DNA of 64,000 nt from Octopus sinensis (GCF_006345805.1 NC_043007.1:72168001-72232000); one strand, 5' to 3'. Shown: positions 11,960 to 25,376, counted from the first letter of the stretch. Numbers and translations are program-made. The notes: generated from the letters alone by a model not told the origin.

Positions 11960-12338
11960 ATTACTTGTTTCATTCATCTGACTGCGGCCATACCGGAGCA
12001 CCACCTTTAGTCGAACAAATCGACCCCAGGACTTATTCTTTGTAAGCCTAGTACTTATTCTATCGAGCTCTGTTGCCGAACCGCTAAATTATGGGGACGT
12101 AAACACACCAGCATCGGTTGTCAAGCGATGGTGGGGGAGACAAACACACAAATACACACACGTGAACACACACACACACATACGACGGGCTTCTTTCCGT
12201 TTATTAAACCCACTCACACAGCTTTGGTCGGTCGAGGCAATAGCAGAAGACACTTGCCCAAGGTGCCACGCAGTGGGAATGAACCCGGAACCATGTGATT
12301 GGGAAGCAAGCTTCTTACAACACAGCAACGTTGCCCCT
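11960..12338 (-). mobile_element. Family A SINE
   Basis: Homology to other family A copies; tail-to-tail with the LINE fragment. Confidence 0.88.
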
Positions 12339-12533
12339 ATATATATATGTGTGTGTGTGTGTGTGCTTACATATGACATTTGTGTGTGTGTATTTTCATG
12401 TTTGTGAGTTTGTGAGTTCCGCGATGGTTCCAGCGAAACGAATATCTGATGTTTGAATAACAACACTATATATATACAATAAACACACTATACAGAACAA
12501 TATACACGCTTATACACACTATACGATAAAACG

Positions 12534-12830
12534 TCGCCCTTTTCAAGCCTAGCCAGGCTCATGGGCCCGGTTTCCCGGTTTCTGTGGTGTATGTGTTCCC
12601 ACCAGCTGGACGGGACGCCAGTCCATCGCAGAGTTACTCAAGAAACAGGAAGAGAGAGTGAGAAAGTTGTGGCGAAAGAGTGCAACAGGGGTCGCGATCA
12701 CCCTCTGCCTGAGCCTCGTGGAGCTTTTTTAGATGTTTTCGCTCAATAAACACACACAATGCCCGGTCTGGGAATCGATCCTTCGACCACGAGTCCGCTG
12801 CCCTGACCTCTGGGCCATTGCGCCGCCACC
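12534..12830 (-). mobile_element. tRNA-derived SINE, family C (V-domain-like)
   Basis: RC: GGCGCAATGGCCCAG tRNA head, GCGATGGACTGGCGTCCCGTCC V-SINE-like motif, tail GAAACCGGGAAACCGGGCCCATGAGCC; second copy at 24567-24871. Confidence 0.85.
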
Positions 12831-13711
12831 CATAGATACTATACACTACTGTATATACAGTAGAGCATAAGTGCCTGAGTATTCCAGAGACATTTCCGAT
12901 ACAATACGCGTAACACTGCCCAGCTAAAGATGAAAAATCGAATCACAGATACTACCCGCCCAATCCACTTCTATACGGTCAGTGTCTAATCATAAAATAA
13001 CTATGATATAAGATACTTACCCAAGAATGCTGCCGTCGGATAGAATCTTGTATTTGATGAATTTGAAGAGACCGTCTTAAGTGTTTAGCTATAGCTATAT
13101 CTTTCTGTATTACATAAACATACGTGGACATGCAGATAAACAGACATACACATATATGCCCATCTTTCTCTCTCATTCTTTCTCTCTTTCTGCTCCCCCT
13201 CTCTACCACACACGTACTCATTCACACACACACACACACACACATACATTTTTACTAATGCCAGACACTGGACTGCTGCCGTATTAAGGTACCGCCACAT
13301 TGAAGGGGTCCTAATTAATTCTACGGATTTCCGTATTTATTTTATTGACCTCGTAAGGTTAAAAGTCACAGGAATTCCGCAATGTACGATTATTCGACAA
13401 TCTATACACATTATACATCCTGTATACATACATATATATGCATATATATATGCATACACACACACGCGAAGTTCCTGGTTTTGGGTAAAAGAAAATATAT
13501 TCAACATATTCTCCTCTCAGATTCACACATTTATTGCAGCGGTCCTTCAGTTTCTCTAAGTACTGTAAAAGAACCCGGAAGATTCGCCCCACAACCAGGC
13601 CTTTCGCGACACGCGTAAAGCCAGGAACTTTTCATCGTGTGTGCGTGTGTGTGTATATATATGTATACTTGTATGTGTGTGTGCGTGCATATATATATAT
13701 AAATATATATA

Positions 13712-13760
<49 letters not shown>

Positions 13761-13776
13761 GATATATATATATATA

Positions 13777-13885
13777 GTTAATCCAAACAAGAAAGCACAA
13801 AAAAAACACACAACAACGCGAGGACATGGAACAAATATAGTATTATTGGACGCTCAGGAAAGAAGGAAAGAATGAGGGTTTAACG
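13777..13885 (-). mobile_element. Truncated copy of the short hammerhead-bearing element at 19263-19468
   Basis: Near-identical to 19263-19368 but stops at GGGTTTAACG; sits between (TA)n tracts. Confidence 0.8.
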
Positions 13886-13898
13886 ATTGAATGTATAT

Positions 13899-13968
<70 letters not shown>

Positions 13969-14054
13969 AATGTAAAGATATACATGTGTTTGTGTGTGTG
14001 TGTGCATATGCATGTATACATATAAATATTTATATACAGGTATATATGTGTATG

Positions 14055-14120
<66 letters not shown>

Positions 14121-15249
14121 GGTATATGTGTGTGTGTGTGTATATATATATATACAAACACAAACATGCAAAGAAAGAATGAAAGTGAGAAAGAGAGAGA
14201 GAGAGACAGGGAGAGTGAGAAAAGGGGGTGTGAAGAAAGCGTGACTAAGCAACAGATAGCTAAGTACGTAGTGTTACACGTGAAGTTGGTGTCTTCACTA
14301 TGGTACTTGTATTACGCTTGTATTAGTAAACTGTTCTGCTTTACTAGTGTCACCAAGTACAACGTCAACTCTGTTTATTGTCCTACTACTAGTTCTACGA
14401 AACACATTGATAATTTGGCCCTTAACACACTTAAAATTGACACACATATTTTTTTTGCGCAGTTTGTTGTTGTTGTTGTTGTTGTTGTTGCTGTTAATGG
14501 TAGGTGGTGGTGTGTGCTTCGTTGTTGTTGATTTTATTTCGCAATAACAAGGAATAAAGTGAGACAGACGAATCTGTTTACAAGTGAGAAGGGGGAAGTA
14601 GAAAAGAAATGGAAGTTTAAATCTAAGATCTGCGGGCTGCGGTGAGAGTGGGTGTGACACCGAGGAAAAGATATTGGAGCAGGCGCGGCTGAAAACTCTC
14701 GGAGAGGATGGAATTTAGAAAGGGGAAGATTGCATCAATGAGGGAGGAAAAAGGAAAGAAATAACAGAAAGGTGGAAGGAGGAAATGAGAAAAGATTGGA
14801 AGGGAGGAAATTGTACTTAGGAGAAATGGTTGGCGTAGGAAAGTCGAAGAGTTGTCGTTCGATAATAGAGTAAGAATGAAAAAGGCCAAAAACTTTTCCT
14901 TAATACATGTGTGCTTGAAGATTAGGGAAACAATTAATTTATATTCCAATGTTAAAAACAAGTCAGGTAGTCTGGATTACATTTATCATGTCTGCTGATA
15001 CAAATAGATAACAAATGTCAATTTATTGGTTCAGCTTAGAATATTCTTTATCTAGAAACGGCAGAATGGTTATATTAGACTAATGATTCCCAAACGGTGG
15101 TCTGCAACTTGTAGCTAGATTCACGGCGAAAATAAAATGATATTGAAAATGTTTGTAAAATGTACAATGAAATTTTCTCATTAATTTCTTGAGGAAAGAA
15201 ACACTTAATGATTGTCTGTAATCTAAGTTAATAATATTAATAGCTTAAA

Positions 15250-15470
15250 TTAGGTTGGCGAACTGGTAGAATCGTTAACACGTAGGGCAAAATGCTTAGT
15301 GGCATTTGGCCCGTTTCCACGTCCTGAGTTCAAATTCCGCCGAGGCCGACTCCGCCTTTCATCCTTTAGGGGTCGATAAAGTAAGTACCAGTTGAGCATT
15401 AGGGTTATTGTAATCGACTTATCTTCTACCCCCGAGATTGTTGACCTTGTTCCAAAATTTGAAATCAATA
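15250..15470 (+). mobile_element. Family B SINE
   Basis: Head, GAGTTCAAATTCC B-box, Deu/Nin-like domain, alternative tail. Confidence 0.8.
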
Positions 15471-16182
15471 TTTGTGGGTTACAATGTCTAATAACTATTT
15501 TTTTTTCCCTAAAAATATATTCGCGACATTTAACGCTAGTGCGCTAAAATATTTCGATTTAGTCTCAAATGCATCATGAATAATAAATAATAAGAATTTG
15601 AGAACCACAAACTATGAATTCAACGACCGAGAGTTCAAATTCACTGGAGTTATTTCGTTGTGTTTCTAGTTCTTAGACTTTCTAAACATTTGCAGCACCC
15701 TTTCGCTTAGCTCTTAGGCACCAGAGTAGAAAGATAGGATTATTGCTCATTCACTTAAATCCACAGAAACGGGATCGAGTTAAAATACCTAGAAGGACCC
15801 TTGTGAAAGATTAGCTTTAACTTACCTAGATAGGTTGATGCTACTGTTCACTTTTGATATCATCCCTGGTGGCACCTGTTTCATCTCGGAAAATCTAAAT
15901 ATTCTGCAACCACAGACCAACTTCTATGTGCCAAGATTTTCTCAAACTAGCAAAGTGAGTGAATCTAATCTAATCAATGTAGTTACAGTTTCTGTCGATT
16001 AGATAATTTTGGCAATTCGAGTTTCCCACTAATATTATTGGTCATTTTCATAATTCAATTAACAAGTACGAATGAAATAACCCCAAAATACATAAAAATA
16101 CACCCACACAAATATAGAAAATACACAAACTAGGTGTGTGTGTGTGTGCGCACGTGTACACGTGTGTGTGTGTGATGTGTGT

Positions 16183-16233
<51 letters not shown>

Positions 16234-17260
16234 TGTGTGTGTGTGAACATATGTGTATGCATTACAAACTAGAAATATGTTTCAGTATTTTAAAGATTGT
16301 TATTTGCCTTACCGAAGACTGGGTTTTGTTTTATTTTACTGTGTCATAATCCTGGCAATAACATTTACTAAATCCCTTGTGACATTCTTTTAACTGTAGT
16401 TAAGCCTCGTAGGAATGAAAGCAGATTTCGTTCTGCCGGAATATGAAAAACACATTGCCAGTGCAGGATGTAAGCCGTGTCAACAAACCACATATTAAAA
16501 TGCACTGTGTGCGTATATGTGTATACACACCATACCATACATATAACATGCATGTTATGCATATATATATATATAATGTAATACAGATATAAATGTATGT
16601 ATATACATATATGTTTATATATGTATGTATCTATGTATGTATGTATGTATGCATTATGTATGTATGTATGCGTGTACATGTATACACACACACATTAAAA
16701 TTTATAAATATTTTTGAATCCATTAATTAGTGGATTGCGTTTTGGAGACAGGAAGTCGATACCAGTTTATATAAATAACTCTTTTATTTTATTGTGGGTG
16801 CACTGCATTCTTAAGCTGACTTCATTTTGAAAGCTTTATTTGTTACATCTCTCTCTGTCTATCTGTCTCTCTCTCTCTGTTTCTGTCTCTCTGTCCGTCC
16901 CTCTCTCACTCTCTCTCTTGTTTAAAGTTTCTTTTTCATTTTAAAATTTGAAGAGTCGTCTGGTCTGACACTTGAACTGTTCAAGTTGAAACTAACGAGG
17001 AGCTTTCACTAATCCTCAAATCTTCCCATAATGTTGGTGTTCAGATAACCTCCTACGCACACTGTGTTTCTCTAACTTCTGATCAACCGATACAATAGGA
17101 AGCTCATCTCACGTCTGATCAACTTTGCAGTGTTTGATCAATCAGCCTATTATGTCGGATCAGTTCACAGCCAGAGCTCAACGCAGATTACAGCTCAACG
17201 CAGTTTACTGCCCCATGTTGCAGTAGTTAACAGTTCTGTTTATATTTTTCTTTAGTGAAA

Positions 17261-17540
17261 GTACGTAGCTTAGTGATTAGAGTATTTAGTCCACGATCGT
17301 AGGGTCGTAAGTTCGATTCCTAGCAGCGTGTCATGTTCTTGAGCAAGTCCGCTCAGCTTGCACAACTGAGTTGTAACTGTATTTCAAAGGGTCAGCCTTG
17401 CCACATTTTGTGTCCTGCTGAGTCTTCCTGAGAACTACGTTTAAGGTGACGCATGTATGTGGTGGGCTTAGCCACTTGCACGTTAATTTCACGAGCAGGC
17501 TGTTCCGTTGAACGGATCAATTGGAACCGACGAAGTCCCA
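17261..17540 (+). mobile_element. Family D SINE (Meta-like, internally deleted)
   Basis: TAGCTTAGTGATTAG A-box, AAGTTCGATTCC B-box, TTCTTGAGCAAG motif, tail shared with 8492-8760 and about 1070-1170. Confidence 0.7.
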
Positions 17541-17832
17541 GTTTATATTTTATCACCCCAACAAATAAAGTTTGCAGCAGGACAGGCGCTAGGAAGTGGG
17601 AAGACCAATTAGAGAATTGTCAGTCGGGTCCTCTACTCTACAAAAGCTGAAGATTAATGATTTATGCTTCGTGTTGCACGCCAGTCCCAGCCAAAAAGCA
17701 CGGAAGGCTTGAGGCTCCATTATTAATCACAATGATATACAAAAAATTCATCATAGCGTCCTCTGCTCGAGTGTGTAGGCGAGGCCCTCTCTTAGTGCAG
17801 GGTCCAATTTCAACAAATCTAATAGGCTTAAA

Positions 17833-18000
17833 ACTGGGGTCGACATTTCGTGAACCACAGTGCTGTCTCTCCCTAGCGTGAAGCTTCCTATCTCGGACAT
17901 GTGCGCAAACACCACTTGTAACTATTATGTCTCTCTCCTCTTAACTCTTACCCTCACTCTCTCTCTCTTTCTTTTTGTCTTTCTCTCCCTCTTTCTCTCT
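17833..18000. repeat. Left arm of a long inverted repeat (partners 18735-18822 and 20233-20317/21560-21644)
   Basis: RC of 17833-17917 aligns with 20233-20317; RC of 17913-18000 aligns with 18735-18822. Confidence 0.8.
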
Positions 18001-19051
18001 CTCTCTCTTTCTCTCTCTTTCCAGTCACCCACACATAAAACTGATCAACGATTAGTAAAGTTTAACAATAATTGTATCCCTGTGTCCAATCGTTGCACAC
18101 TAAGAAGTTTTCCTTATTGCATCCTAAAACAAACGTACACCATACTGATTCATACACAGACTGCAGTGCTATAGAAATGTGCGTGTATAACTACTGTTTG
18201 TTAAAAGGAAACTGATGGAGGCTTTTGTTAGAAAGCTGGAAATAAAGCCTATCCCCAAATAAATCTATTTGTTCTCTGGTGGAATCCTTCTTGTTTAACA
18301 ATCCTTCTCTTTAACAATAACTCGAATATGATGTCGTTTATGACCGTGCAATAAAGAAGTGAAGAAAACTATCTCAGAAGTAGAAAGGATAAAGAAAGAA
18401 AGAGTGAAATGAAGAAAGAAATAAGGAATGTCATAGAAGTATGTATGTATGTATGTATGTATGTATGTATGTATGTATGTATGTATCTATCTATCTATCT
18501 ATCCAGCCATCTACCTATCTATCTACCTGTCTGCTTGCCTGTCTGTCTGTCTGTCTGTCTGTCTGTCGAAGAAGAAGAAGAAGAAGAAGAAGAAGAAGAA
18601 GAAGAAGAAGAAGAAGAGAAGAGACACTATGAATAGTGTGAACTAAATGCAGAGCTAGAAAAGAAAGAGACGAAGAAAATATTAACAGGTAAAGGGAGAG
18701 ATAGACAGATAGATATAGATAGGAAGGGGGAAAACAAAGAGAGAGAGAAAGACGAAAAGAAAGAGAGAGAGAGAGAGAGTGAGGGTAAGTGTTAAGAGGA
18801 GTGAGACGTAATAGTTGCAAGTTTAACGTTCAAGATCGCAATTGAGTTTTCTGTAGGTAAACAGTTTTTGTTCTTGTCTGTTTAGCGTTGATGAGCGTAA
18901 ACCACGGAGTTCAAACAGAAATTGTAAAACGCTCCACGTTGGTTAGTTAAGATTCAATTACATAGCATTTTGCGAAGGCTTCGGGGGTGGGAGTATGGTA
19001 AGCAAGACCTTAGGAGTGAAATTGGTCGACAGGGACTGAGTAGAAGCCCAT

Positions 19052-19109
<58 letters not shown>

Positions 19110-19262
19110 TTTTTTTTTTAAATAAGATAAAATCTTCATAAGAATTTATCAAGTAATTAGCGTGAAAAACCTCATAAGAGAAAAAAATCCACCATTTTTT
19201 TCACTTATATATATAATAGGCTGATTGATCAAACACTGCAAAGTTGATCAGACGTGAGATGA

Positions 19263-19466
19263 GTTAATCCAAACAAGAAAGCATAAAAAAACACAACAAC
19301 GCGAGGACGTGGAACAAATATAGTATTATTGGACGCTCAGGAAAGAAGGAAAGAAGGAGGGTTTAACGTTTCGAGCGGAGCTCTTCGTCGGAAACATAGG
19401 AGAAGGAAAGATCCAGAGAAGGGAAGACAGAGGAAAAAAAATCGCCAACGGTACACACGAGGTCAC

Positions 19467-19468
<2 letters not shown>
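19263..19468 (-). mobile_element. ~200-bp non-autonomous element carrying a hammerhead motif (Penelope-like, inferred)
   Basis: Repeated at 13777; related GACGCTCAGGA/GCGCTCAAGA segment in 33792-33990; ends in (TA)n. Confidence 0.65.
19361..19395 (-). ncRNA. Minimal type-I hammerhead ribozyme motif, variant core CCGACGA
   Basis: RC: GTTT-CCGACGA-A-GAGC(TCC)GCTC-GAAAC-GT-T-AAAC; 4-bp stem I, 4-bp stem II, palindromic ACGT, GUU site. Confidence 0.6.
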
Positions 19469-19504
<36 letters not shown>

Positions 19505-19507
<3 letters not shown>

Positions 19508-20633
19508 TGCGAAGTGGCATGGCTCAGTGATTACAGCGTCGAGCTTACGATCGTGAGGTTGTGAGCTCGAATCCCGGGCCGAGCTGCGTGTTGTTTTCTT
19601 GAGCAAGACACTTTGTTTCACGTTGCTCCAGTTCACTCAGCTGTAGAAATGAGTTGCGATATCACAAGTACCAAGCTGTATCGGCCTCTTTTCCTTTCCC
19701 TTGGATAACATTGGGGGCTTGGAGAGAGGAAGCCGGTATGTATGGGCGACTGCTGGTATTCCTTAAAAAACTTGTGCCTGGGAGGGTAACTTTCTAGGTG
19801 CAATCCCATGGTCTGTGTTGTGACCGAAGGGGGTCTCAGAATATATATATATATATATATATATACATACACACATACACACTCGTACACACATAAATAT
19901 GTGTGTGTGTGTGTGTGTGTATGATCCCTCTCCAAGACTATACTTTAAGAAAGACTATCTAATACTTGACTCCCCAGTTCGCTTCACACACCCGCATGAG
20001 TAAAACCATGAGCAGTGGCGGCTCGTGTATAGGCACTACGGAACTGCAGTACTCCTATTTCCACTCGATATTATCGATGACATTTAATATAATGAGTCCC
20101 TTATTTTCTTTAATTCTTTCTTTATGCTTGTACATTATATAATCCTTAAGCTTAATGTCAGTAGCCATCCCCTAGTTTATGAAAAAAATACAAAAATTCT
20201 TTTATAGAACTGTGCGCTTCATAGTTCCAGCAAAGTGGTGTTTGCGCACATGTCCGAGTTAGGAAGCTTCACGCTAGGGAGAGACACCACTGTGGTTTTC
20301 GAAGTGTCGACCCCAGTGTGCTGGTGAAAAGAAGTGTTTCTTTTTTACTCAGCGTGTGCTGTGCATAAAAACGTGTTTATATTCTTGAATGTGATAAAGT
20401 GTAGAATTAGATTATTATCCTGCTTCCAGCTTCAGTGTGCTGCCAGGATTTGAAAAATAGGGCAGATTCCCCCTCCCCTAATTTTGTAATTTAGGGGGAG
20501 ATTTTTGCTCAAGAACACAACGCGTTGGCTGGTCTAGGAATCAAAAACAAAATCTTACGATCATGATGCTGACACCCTAACCACTAAGCCACGCGCCTCC
20601 ACACACACACAGACACACACACACACACACACA

Positions 20634-20666
<33 letters not shown>

Positions 20667-20752
20667 GATACATACATACATATATATATACATACTATAT
20701 ATATACATACATATACATACATATACATATACATACTATATATATATATATA

Positions 20753-20798
<46 letters not shown>

Positions 20799-21970
20799 AT
20801 AATATATAATATATATATATATAATTGCGAAGTGGCATGGCTCAGTGATTACAGCGTCGAGCTTACGATCGTGAGGTTGTGAGCTCGAATCCCGGGCCGA
20901 GCTGCGTGTTGTTTTCTTGAGCAAGACACTTTGTTTCACGTTGCTCCAGTTCACTCAGCTGTAGAAATGAGTTGCGATATCACAAGTACCAAGCTGTATC
21001 GGCCTCTTTTCCTTTCCCTTGGATAACATTGGGGGCTTGGAGAGAGGAAGCCGGTATGTATGGGCGACTGCTGGTATTCCTTAAAAAACTTGTGCCTGAG
21101 AGGGTAACTTTCTAGGTGCAATCCCATGGTCTGTGTTGTGACCGAAGGGGGTCTCAGAATATATATATATATATTATATATATATATATACATACACACA
21201 TACACACTCGTACACACATAAATATGTGTGTGTGTGTGTGTGTGTGTATGATCCCTCTCCAAGACTATACTTTAAGAAAGACTATCTAATACTTGACTCT
21301 CCAGTTCGCTTCACACACCCGCATGAGTAAAACCATGAGCAGTGGCGGCTCGTGTATAGGCACTACGGAACTGCAGTACTCCTATTTCCACTCGATATTA
21401 TCGATGACATTTAATATAATGAGTCCCTTATTTTCTTTAATTCTTTCTTTATGCTTGTACATTATATAATCCTTAAGCTTAATGTCAGTAGCCATCCCCT
21501 AGTTTATGAAAAAAATACAAAAATTCTTTTATAGAACTGTGCGCTTCATAGTTCCAGCAAAGTGGTGTTTGCGCACATGTCCGAGTTAGGAAGCTTCACG
21601 CTAGGGAGAGACACCACTGTGGTTTTCGAAGTGTCGACCCCAGTGTGCTGGTGAAAAGAAGTGTTTCTTTTTTACTCAGCGTGTGCTGTGCATAAAAACG
21701 TGTTTATATTCTTGAATGTGATAAAGTGTAGAATTAGATTATTATCCTGCTTCCAGCTTCAGTGTGCTGCCAGGATTTGAAAAATAGGGCAGATTCCCCC
21801 TCCCCTAATTTTGTAATTTAGGGGGAGATTTTTGCTCAAGAACACAACGCGTTGGCTGGTCTAGGAATCAAAAACAAAATCTTACGATCATGATGCTGAC
21901 ACCCTAACCACTAAGCCACGCGCCTCCACACACACACAGACACACACACACACACACACACAGACACACA
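19505..21970 (+). repeat. ~1.32-kb tandem duplication (units about 19505-20650 and 20823-21970)
   Basis: Two near-identical units with only scattered substitutions outside the microsatellites; offset 1318-1327 bp. Confidence 0.95.
19514..19837 (+). mobile_element. Meta-like-domain SINE with a distinct tail (duplicate at 20832-21155)
   Basis: TGGCTCAGTGATT A-box, GCTCGAATCCC B-box, TTCTTGAGCAAGACACTTTG..TTGCTCCAGTTCACTCAGCTG Meta-like motif, tail GTGACCGAAGGGGGTCTC. Confidence 0.8.
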
Positions 21971-22055
21971 CACACACACACATATATATAGATACATACA
22001 TACATATATATATACATACATATATATATATATATACATATACATACATATACAT

Positions 22056-22106
<51 letters not shown>

Positions 22107-22155
22107 ATATATACATACATGCATATATATACATAGATACATATGAACATATATG

Positions 22156-22435
<280 letters not shown>

Positions 22436-22727
22436 ATATATATATATTCACTGAGGAGGCAAAGCATTTCTTATGTAGAGCCAGAAATCCGGAATCTGGA
22501 ATTATCCACGAATTTTTTGCCAGTTTATTTTGTCTTTTAATGTCTTCTCTCCTGGTGCTGTATGAACTTTTAATGTGGTTTTAGAGTCAAGTTTTGACTG
22601 CTATTTCAAGCGTGGCGGTATCTCTGATATACCCTAAATTATAATTTTAATAATAATTATTACCTTTGAAGATTTTTATTCCCATGCTGGCCACTTGATA
22701 AGTTCGATATTTAAATAACGATCTTAT

Positions 22728-22782
<55 letters not shown>

Positions 22783-22974
22783 CCTGTATTAATATATATG
22801 AAGATGCGATGAAGCTATAGGGTCATACTCAAACATACAACTATGAGTTCATGGCATCCTTTGGCAGAAACAACTCTAAGCTAATGAAATCCAGTACATA
22901 ATTTTTGACTCCGTTCTCATTCTAATTTCTTATTGCTTCTCTGTACTCGACTGACACTTCTTTATGTAGCATAA

Positions 22975-23582
22975 GCACGCGGAATTCTGTTCTTGATTCG
23001 ACGGTCATTCGGAATGCTCACAGCAGCCATATTCCTACCACTCTATGTCACGCTGGTGAGACCCATATTGGAGTATGGGATTCAAGCCTCTTCTCCTTAT
23101 CTCCTCAAAGACATACAGCATCTCGAAAGAGTCCAGAAGCTGGCTACCCGCATGGTTCATGGTCTCAAAAATTTGTCCTACGAAGAAAGGCTGAGGACGC
23201 TCGACCTTTATTCTCTTGAAAAACGCCGCCGCCGTGGTGATCTCATTCTCGCCCACAACATCATAAGCGGAAAGTGTAACCTCTCGAAAGAGCTGTTCTT
23301 CACTCCTGCTCCAGAGCGTCGGCTGCGGGGTCATTCCGAAAAGCTCTACCTGCGACGATTTCATCTCAATCGAAGGAGAGGAGCTTTCTCCGTCCGCGTT
23401 GCGGATCCGTGGAACAAGCTGCCAGACGAGATGGTGAAGATGCCGACGACCGCTTTGTTCAAAGCCTCCCTGGACCTCAAGTGGCCTGAACTCTTTACAT
23501 GAACACCACCCTGTACTTAACTCCATGTCCCCCTACATGGCCTTGCTATTTGCTTTTGAGCCAAATTAACTAACTAACTAAC
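22975..23582 (+). mobile_element. 5'-truncated CR1 LINE with uninterrupted ORF2 C-terminus and (TAAC)n tail
   Basis: ORF 22993-23502 LYVTLVRPILEYG...LERVQKLATRMV..L..LSYEERL..LDLYSLEKRR.RGDLI...RGHSEKL...RRGAFSVRVADPWNKLP is the classic CR1 ORF2 end; TAACTAACTAAC tail at about 23566-23582. Confidence 0.93.
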
Positions 23583-23674
23583 ATATATATCATGAATTCT
23601 AACACAAGATTATTAGTATTACTATACCTAAGCATAATGATTATAAGCCTTTCTACTATAGGCCTGTAATATCA

Positions 23675-23840
23675 GGGGAGGGGGATAATTGATTACATCG
23701 ACTAGTACTTAATTTATCGACCCCGAAAGGATGAAGGTCAAAGTCGATCTCGGCAGAATTTGAACTCAGAACGTAAAAACGGACGAAATACTGCTAAGCA
23801 TTTCGCCCGGTGTGCTAAGTTCTGCCATCCTGCCGCCTAT
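23675..23840 (-). mobile_element. Family B SINE
   Basis: RC homology to family B. Confidence 0.75.
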
Positions 23841-24566
23841 GCATCTTATGATAATTCAGTTTGTTGTTCCGTTATTTAGCCCGTCGGTAACAACTTTCAC
23901 GTGATTAGAGAAAAAGTTGGAGAAAGAAAAGGGGGAGAGAGAAGCGTCCACGTGGTGAGGTAGAGGGAATGTAATTGTAACGTTTTCACGTGATTAATTG
24001 AAAGGAAAGAGAAAAGAAAGAAAAGGTGAGAGAAATAAGATAAGGAGAAGAGTGAAACAGAAAGACGGAGAAAGAAAAAGACCGAGAGAGAAGCGTACAT
24101 GACGTGAGATAGGGGGAACGTAATATTTATTACGTGGTTGAAAAAAGTTAGTTGAAATTAGTGATGATATAGAGGAGGAGAGTTAAAGATATAATTTTAG
24201 TAGAGGAGTAATGTTCTAATGGTGAGGTTAAAGAAAGGTAGAGAGAGAGAGAAAGAGAAAGAGGGCGAGGGAGACAAAGATGATGATGGTGGAGGTGGCG
24301 GCGGTGACTGTATAGTGAGAAGTGTATTTTTTTAATTGAACTAAGTTTTTTTTTTTTATATTACCTATCATTTAATGCATGTACGTAAGTGCAATTCCGT
24401 GAAATATCCACGCTTATTTACGTGGTATATATATTTGCAATTTAACTGAAGGTTGTATCATGTTTATATGGGGAAAAATGGAAAAATTGGAGTGAATATT
24501 TATTTTGCGAGTGCTGGGTATTAAGTCTAAAAAATTGTGCATAAAGTACATAAAGTGTATATATAT

Positions 24567-24871
24567 CGTCGCCCTTTTCAAGCCTAGCTAGGCTCATGGG
24601 CCCGGTTTCCCGGTTTCTGTGGTGTATGTGTTCCCCCAGCGGGACGGGACGCCAGTCCATCGCAGCGTTACTCAAGAAGCAGGAAGAGAGAGTGAGAGAA
24701 AGTTGTGGCGAAAGAGTACAACATGGGTCACCACCACCCTCTGCCGGAGCTTCGTGGAGCTTTTAGGTATTTTCTCTCAATAAACACACACAACGCCTGG
24801 TCTGAGAATCGAAACCGCGATCCTCCGACCGCGAGTCCGCTGCCATAACTACTGGACCATTGCGCCTCCAC
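24567..24871 (-). mobile_element. Family C SINE with candidate 14-bp TSD
   Basis: Homologous to 12534-12830; flanked by AAAGTGTATATATA (24552-24565) and AAAGTGTACATATA (24872-24885). Confidence 0.88.
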
Positions 24872-25315
24872 AAAGTGTACATATAAAGTGCATTAAATAA
24901 TCATCGTATTCCAATTTCTTTCACTCCCCACTGATTAGCAGATGAGCGACTGTCTTTCCATACAAACACAACACAGGCTACGCTTTCAGGTTTTTTTGGA
25001 TAAAGTTTTCAGAAATAACCCAACAGGCTCACCGTTAATTCCGTGAAATGTTCACAGGTCCCGCTAGTAATAGTAATATTAATGATAATATATATATATA
25101 TGTATATATGTATGTACCGTAATTGCATGCACGCACACACAACGCAGGCCTAAATAACTAAAAGCAAGTATTGGGAAGAGTTCCAGGCATGATTGTATGG
25201 CTAAGAAATTTGTTATGTAGTTTGAGATTCAGTTCCCAATGCGCAGCACATTGGTTACGATGACCAATGTGTTGAGAATGAATTTGGTACGCGGAAACGG
25301 GTTCAGAAGTCCAAC

Positions 25316-25376
<61 letters not shown>

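Noticed and set aside
14298-14660. Minus-strand 120-aa ORF with possible 5' UTR-like context
   Set aside because: Partly (CAA)n-derived, no motif, no clear donor
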